Virus record (IMG/VR): IMGVR_UViG_3300032270_000270
Location: 1 to 64,000 of that record
DNA: 64,000 nucleotides
Source of the DNA: a virus
Taxonomy: Duplodnaviria; Heunggongvirae; Uroviricota; Caudoviricetes
Direction: 5' to 3' (one strand)
A program made the translations under genes and the position numbers. This document shows positions 63,481 through 64,000 of the stretch, piece after piece. Within the stretch, counting starts at the first letter, position 1; each line of letters begins with the position of its first letter. Under the pieces are notes generated by a model. It was not told the origin of the DNA. It made no database searches and worked only from the letters and a program-made list of their open reading frames with translations.

Positions 63481-64000
63481 TATATACTACCATTTAAAAG
63501 GTTATTGTATTCATTGAAGTGTTTGATACGATCTGGAAGACCAATTGTTCCACCATTAACACGTTTAGTCACCTTAGTAACCACTGCGTCTGTAGCCCCC
63601 TCGTCAGCAATCTTGTGTAATCCATTCTTATGGAAGAACCAAGCAGCAGATAAAAGTGGGTACTTTGTAGCTACAAGATCTGGACTAGCTATGATATCAT
63701 CATCAACTGTCTTGTCAAAAGCAGCGTAGTTATCCTTTCCTGTCAGTTGGATAAAACCCCTTCCACGAAATTTATAACCTTCACCAGAAGCCTGGTTACC
63801 ATTCCCCATTCTGTTTGCATATACTATGTTTGCTATTTTTTCAGGTTTGCGTTCATACTCTTTAGCACTTTCAGCTGTAAAGTATTTCTTAAAGATGCTC
63901 TGTAAACCAGCAGCACCATAGTTTAAGTTTTCTGTAACAGCTTTGAATCCACCTGACTCATGTCCTGTTTGTGCTAGGAAATGAGCTAAACGTAAAGGAG
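63480..64000 (-). CDS. glycoside hydrolase family 19 endolysin, 3' portion; the gene starts beyond the window end
   Basis: Manual translation of the minus strand from 64000 is open: ...LRLAHFLAQTGHESGGFKAVTENLNYGAAG...YERKPEKIANIVYANRMGNGNQASGEGYKFRGRGFIQLTGKDNY. It carries the GH19 hallmarks AHFLAQ.GHES (catalytic Glu) and RG.IQLTG..NY. The track ATG at 63809 is internal. Confidence 0.8.
   Translation of the reverse strand, partial: PLRLAHFLAQTGHESGGFKAVTENLNYGAAGLQSIFKKYFTAESAKEYERKPEKIANIVYANRMGNGNQASGEGYKFRGRGFIQLTGKDNYAAFDKTVDDDIIASPDLVATKYPLLSAAWFFHKNGLHKIADEGATDAVVTKVTKRVNGGTIGLPDRIKHFNEYNNLLNGSI

Noticed and set aside
63480-63809. Treating the endolysin as a complete 109-aa ORF starting at the ATG at 63809
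   Set aside because: Manual translation upstream stays open to position 64000 and contains the GH19 catalytic AHFLAQTGHESGGF motif, so the gene is truncated by the window edge rather than being a short ORF.

Overview
The window reads as most of a lytic tailed dsDNA phage genome. It is AT-rich, about 35% GC by eye. The host is probably a Bacteroidota/Flavobacteriia-type bacterium. That is an inference from TAnnTTTG-type -7 promoter boxes, the absence of Shine-Dalgarno sequences, a GH19 endolysin and lipoprotein-signal lysis genes. There are three transcription blocks: (1) 1-15974 on the minus strand, head, packaging and fibre genes; (2) 16940-55300 on the plus strand, early, replication and nucleotide-metabolism genes, interspersed with free-standing homing-endonuclease genes; (3) 55383-64000 on the minus strand, six paralogous lysine-rich proteins, Thr-tract proteins, and a lysis cassette. 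Block 1 runs TerL, portal, SPFH protein, scaffold, putative MCP and structural proteins, ending in a tail-collar fibre and a collagen-like fibre that runs off the left edge. Block 2 holds GIY-YIG and HNH genes, family-B DNA polymerase, DnaB-like helicase, SF2 helicase, primase-like protein, AAA_24 ATPase, SSB-like protein, a DUF932 protein, a UNG-family homologue with altered active-site residues, an Hsp90/GHKL-like ATPase, class II-like RNR, RecA, dUTPase, GT2 glycosyltransferase and SAM methyltransferase. Block 3 ends with a GH19 endolysin that runs off the right edge. Blocks 1 and 2 are separated by a roughly 1 kb divergent regulatory region carrying repeated GACACATTAT-type inverted and direct repeats and a consensus Bacteroidota-type promoter. 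Blocks 2 and 3 converge on a bidirectional terminator at about 55305-55345. All protein calls rest on motifs I can read in the translations; no searches were run. The ORF track uses TTG/GTG as starts in places, so several true starts are internal ATGs, and my own coordinates may be off by 1-3 nt.
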